Shown here one piece after another: positions 61,040 to 64,000 of a DNA stretch of 64,000 bases (position 1 is its first letter; every line of letters starts with the position of its first letter). The DNA is taken from the NCBI GenBank assembly GCA_964580755.1, contig CAZOMO010000008.1, positions 16,875 to 80,874 on the forward strand. Reading direction: 5' to 3'. The notes under the pieces were generated by a model. That model saw nothing but the letters and a program-made list of their open reading frames with translations, made no database searches and was not told where the DNA came from. The position numbers and the translations under genes are program-made. The DNA comes from an uncultured Ignavibacterium sp. (GTDB lineage Bacteria; Bacteroidota; Ignavibacteria; Ignavibacteriales; Ignavibacteriaceae).

Positions 61040-63130
61040 CTATTTAAGTAGAATCATCTTCTTCGTTTGAATAAAATCGCCCGCTTGTATCTTATAAAAA
61101 TATATTCCGCTTGACAGACTTAAAGTCTGTCCTACTGAAATTTCAAATTCATATCTTCCCGCTTCTCTAAACTCATCAACCAAAGTTGCAACTTCATTTC
61201 CTAATATATCGTATATTTTCAAAGTTTGCCAACTGCTTACTGGTGACTGCCAACTGATTTTTGTACTTGGATTAAACGGATTAGGATAGTTTTGATTTAA
61301 TGCAAACTCTATTGGCGTTGTTATATCGACAAGTAATTCATTACTATATTCATACTTTCCATTAAAATCAATTTGTTTGAGGCGGTAACGAAGCGTATGA
61401 GTAAGATCAAGAGTAAGATCATCAACAAAAGAATACGATCTTGGTTCTGTTGTCGTTCCATATCCCGGAACAAATCCAATCTTCTCCCATTCTGACGCTT
61501 GATTTCTTACTTCTGATTTCTGGCGTTGAACTTCAAATCCCTGGTTATTTAACTCTGTTGCGGTCGTCCATTTCAGATGAACTAAATTATCAATTACATT
61601 AGCTGTAAATGAAGTTAGCTCTACTGGTATTGGAGTTGATTCATCAGCTCCTTTATACGGAAACTGAACATGTCTGAGTTCACCATCAATATCGTCAATA
61701 ATTCCTGCAATTGGAGTTCCACTCAGATCAACATCTCCAATTGAAGAACCACTAAGGTGTAGATCAACATTTGAAACAAAGTTAACTTCTTTAAATATTG
61801 TGTTCTGTTCATTCGGAGAAGCATTAGTTTTATAATCACTAAGATTATTATAACCTATCGAACCCCAGTATGCACTGAAGTCATTGGTTCCGTTTGCAAA
61901 ATAACAGTTGAAATCTAAATCGAGTATTCCTGTTAAACTTATTAAAGCAAATCCTATGTGATTAACATTACCGCCCGTTCTTAAATTAATTGCAATATTA
62001 TTTTTCATATTCAGATTTAGTCCGGTAGCTCCGATCCTTATTCCTGATGAAGTTGTAGTGCCGGCAGTTCCTCCTGAATGAGTTCCTCCAATTAATACAG
62101 TATTATAATAAATATTTGCAGTATAAGCATTTGAACCCAAAAATTCTATTCCTGTAATTGTCTGAGAATTTAGATTATTAAGAGTGTTTGAAATAAAATT
62201 ATTTTCTACATTGAAAGTACTTCCTGCTGCAGGAGCAGCTGCATAAATTCCTCTTATTGCCGTTGAAGCTGATGTTGAAGTTGTCTGCAGATCATAGAAC
62301 CAGTTTTTCTTTATATTATAAACTCCACCTGTCATAGTTGACATAATTATTCCTGATACTATAGTATTATTAACTCCTATTCTCTGATAAATTTCACATG
62401 AATCTAAAGTAAAATCCATTGTTCCTGAAAGCAACCAGACACCTGCATAACCCCAATCAAAAATTTCACACTCGGTTACCCTATTGTTATTATTTGGATA
62501 GGCTGCTGTTCCTGCTGAACCAACACCACTTCTTCCTCCTTCAATAATACAATTGGTAACCAGATTATCACTATTTCCTGCTGATGTTGCGGGTCCGAAT
62601 ACGATAGTTCGGGGACCGGCTGTATTCTGCGTATTATTAACTACGTGTACGTATTCGATACTATTATTGGATGCGCCGTTTTTTAACTCTATAGTATTTG
62701 CGTTGGTTCCGCTTGTGGCAAGGTTTTCTATTTTAAGATCCGCCGTATTTCCAGAACCACCCGGTCTTCCATCAATAATTATATAATCAGCATTATCAAG
62801 AACAAATATTCCGGTTGCCGAACTTCCTGAAATTGTTTCTCCTGTATTACCGGCAGCAGGTCTTAACGTGATTGTATTCGTAACACTGCCTCCTGATTTC
62901 AAACCGAATATAATTGGAAATGTTTCAGATGCACCTGTATAAGCTGACAATAGCTCAATAACATAAGCTTCTGTTAATGGTGGAGTAATAGCATTATAAG
63001 CTACTGCTATTGATTCATAGCTGCCCACAAGAGTCCCGCCTCCTGTTCTTAATTCAACTGAACCTGTCTGAGCTGTTAAAACAGTCGAACAGCATAAAGC
63101 GAACAAACTATAAAAGAATAACTTATTCAT
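61040..63130 (-). CDS. T9SS cargo protein: parallel beta-helix-like region, conserved pre-tail module, T9SS CTD
   Basis: Signal peptide; Gly/Asn/Thr-rich repeats suggestive of a right-handed beta-helix; PVELTSFTA...NNQGFEVQRQ; NYPNPFNPSTKISW. AAGGAGG SD. Confidence 0.65.
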   Translation of the reverse strand: MNKLFFYSLFALCCSTVLTAQTGSVELRTGGGTLVGSYESIAVAYNAITPPLTEAYVIELLSAYTGASETFPIIFGLKSGGSVTNTITLRPAAGNTGETISGSSATGIFVLDNADYIIIDGRPGGSGNTADLKIENLATSGTNANTIELKNGASNNSIEYVHVVNNTQNTAGPRTIVFGPATSAGNSDNLVTNCIIEGGRSGVGSAGTAAYPNNNNRVTECEIFDWGYAGVWLLSGTMDFTLDSCEIYQRIGVNNTIVSGIIMSTMTGGVYNIKKNWFYDLQTTSTSASTAIRGIYAAAPAAGSTFNVENNFISNTLNNLNSQTITGIEFLGSNAYTANIYYNTVLIGGTHSGGTAGTTTSSGIRIGATGLNLNMKNNIAINLRTGGNVNHIGFALISLTGILDLDFNCYFANGTNDFSAYWGSIGYNNLSDYKTNASPNEQNTIFKEVNFVSNVDLHLSGSSIGDVDLSGTPIAGIIDDIDGELRHVQFPYKGADESTPIPVELTSFTANVIDNLVHLKWTTATELNNQGFEVQRQKSEVRNQASEWEKIGFVPGYGTTTEPRSYSFVDDLTLDLTHTLRYRLKQIDFNGKYEYSNELLVDITTPIEFALNQNYPNPFNPSTKISWQSPVSSWQTLKIYDILGNEVATLVDEFREAGRYEFEISVGQTLSLSSGIYFYKIQAGDFIQTKKMILLK

Positions 63131-63650
63131 GGATTCCTCCTTATTTTGTTTTTGAATGATTTATTTTTTCCCCTGACTTATTCAAATTACAAATTGATAC
63201 AAGTTATATGAATGATAATAGTTTAATAAAAACTTAATCAAAAACCAAATAATAACAAAAAAAGGAATTGCACAAATCGGAATTGAAAACCTGTCCTGAA
63301 TGTACTTTCTTATCCTAAGTAACTTATGATACCTCAGAGAACATTAAGTATTTTTTAATAATAATCTTTCAAAAAGGTATTTCTGAAAAAAGTTAATTCA
63401 GTTTCTGACACATTTAAACTAAAGACTGTAACAAAGCTATGTAATTATCAACATCGCGCCAGTGACTTCAACCTTAGTCACATCGTTGTGAAGCTTACTT
63501 TAACAGATAAAGGGTGATTTCTCTAATCATGTGCAGCTTAATCTTAGAAATAAAAAATCATTCTAAAGAGTCTATCTCAGAAAGAAGGTTAACCTGTCTC
63601 TCAAATTTGTCAAAGAACTAATCGCTTTAAAGATAGTATATCATTTGGTA

Positions 63651-63906
63651 CTATTTCAGAAGCAACATTTTATTTGTTTTAATAAAATCTCCGAATTTCA
63701 GTTGAGAAAAATATACTCCGGATGATAGTTCCCGAACGCCTGATTTTACACCAAACTCAACTTCATATCTTCCTTCTGATTTATATTCATTTACCAGGGT
63801 TGCAACTTCATTTCCCAGAACATCAAATATTTTTAATGATACGAATGATGGCTGACTAATTGCAAACGACAAAGTTGTACTTGGATTAAATGGATTCGGA
63901 TAGTTT
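63651..63906 (-). repeat. Copy B of the near-identical CTD-coding segment (partner 59126..59381)
   Basis: See copy A. Confidence 0.9.
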
Positions 63907-64000
63907 TGGAAAAGCTGAAACTTTTCAAGAGTATTAATTTCAACCATTATTTCATTTGAGTATTCAATAGTTCCATCCAGATCAATTTGTTTTAATCTGT
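63651..64000 (-). CDS. T9SS cargo protein, C-terminal part only (5' end outside the window)
   Basis: The frame is open upstream of the track's Met (..RLKQIDLDGTIEYSNEIMVEINT..) to base 64000. Ends with NYPNPFNPSTTLSF...GVYFSQL...MLLLK. Confidence 0.8.
   Translation of the reverse strand, partial: RLKQIDLDGTIEYSNEIMVEINTLEKFQLFQNYPNPFNPSTTLSFAISQPSFVSLKIFDVLGNEVATLVNEYKSEGRYEVEFGVKSGVRELSSGVYFSQLKFGDFIKTNKMLLLK

Noticed and set aside
59126-63906. The near-identical repeat pair as the template and variable repeats of a diversity-generating retroelement
   Set aside because: The 10 mismatches are a mix of transitions and transversions at all base types rather than adenine-specific. No reverse transcriptase gene is present in the window.
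55677-64000. The recurring roughly 250-550-bp similar segments as a CRISPR-like or tandem repeat array
   Set aside because: They are the coding 3' ends of separate long ORFs (T9SS tails). They are kilobases apart and of unequal divergence, with no short direct repeat and spacer periodicity.

Overview
AT-rich bacterial chromosomal window. The fused ccoNO cbb3 oxidase locus, several proteins ending in an NYPNPFNPST-type T9SS C-terminal sorting domain, and Shine-Dalgarno-preceded starts suggest an FCB-group organism, perhaps Ignavibacteriota-like; this is inference only. Bases 1-49100 are densely packed housekeeping genes, almost all on the minus strand. They include a penicillin-acylase-family gene cut by the window edge and missing from the ORF track, and a complete cbb3 oxidase and assembly locus (TauE-like, fixH, ccoG, ccoP, ccoQ-like, ccoNO, ccoS, ccoI). 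They also include ltaE, lnt, dedA, ispF, acyP, era, trxB, queG, a ferredoxin, a LemA/TPM pair, a YidD-like three-gene module, acyl-CoA dehydrogenase, rlmN, a SpoU methylase, P-II, secA, a GHL10-type T9SS cargo protein, a ComM-like ATPase, an isolated nuoG-H-I block, an M16 peptidase, an aminotransferase and a serine hydrolase. From about 49.3 kb the region looks accessory. It holds a decayed IS630-family element with recognisable inverted ends, then a carrier-protein cassette, then four monocistronic T9SS cargo genes. The cassette is an adenylate-forming enzyme convergent with an ACP that is translationally coupled to an AsnB-family amidotransferase, followed by a NadE-type PP-loop enzyme. The cargo genes have unrelated N-terminal domains but a shared C-terminal tail and are separated by long AT-rich spacers; two of the tails are nearly identical at DNA level. 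I saw no rRNA, tRNA, CRISPR array, reverse transcriptase, integrase or recognisable defence or phage genes. My best candidate for an undescribed system is the ligase/ACP/AsnB/NadE cassette next to the T9SS cargo array. Other candidates are the YidD-like trio and a ccoS frame that has no canonical start and opens in an A7 run at the end of ccoI. All calls come from reading the translations and sequence by eye; no searches were run.
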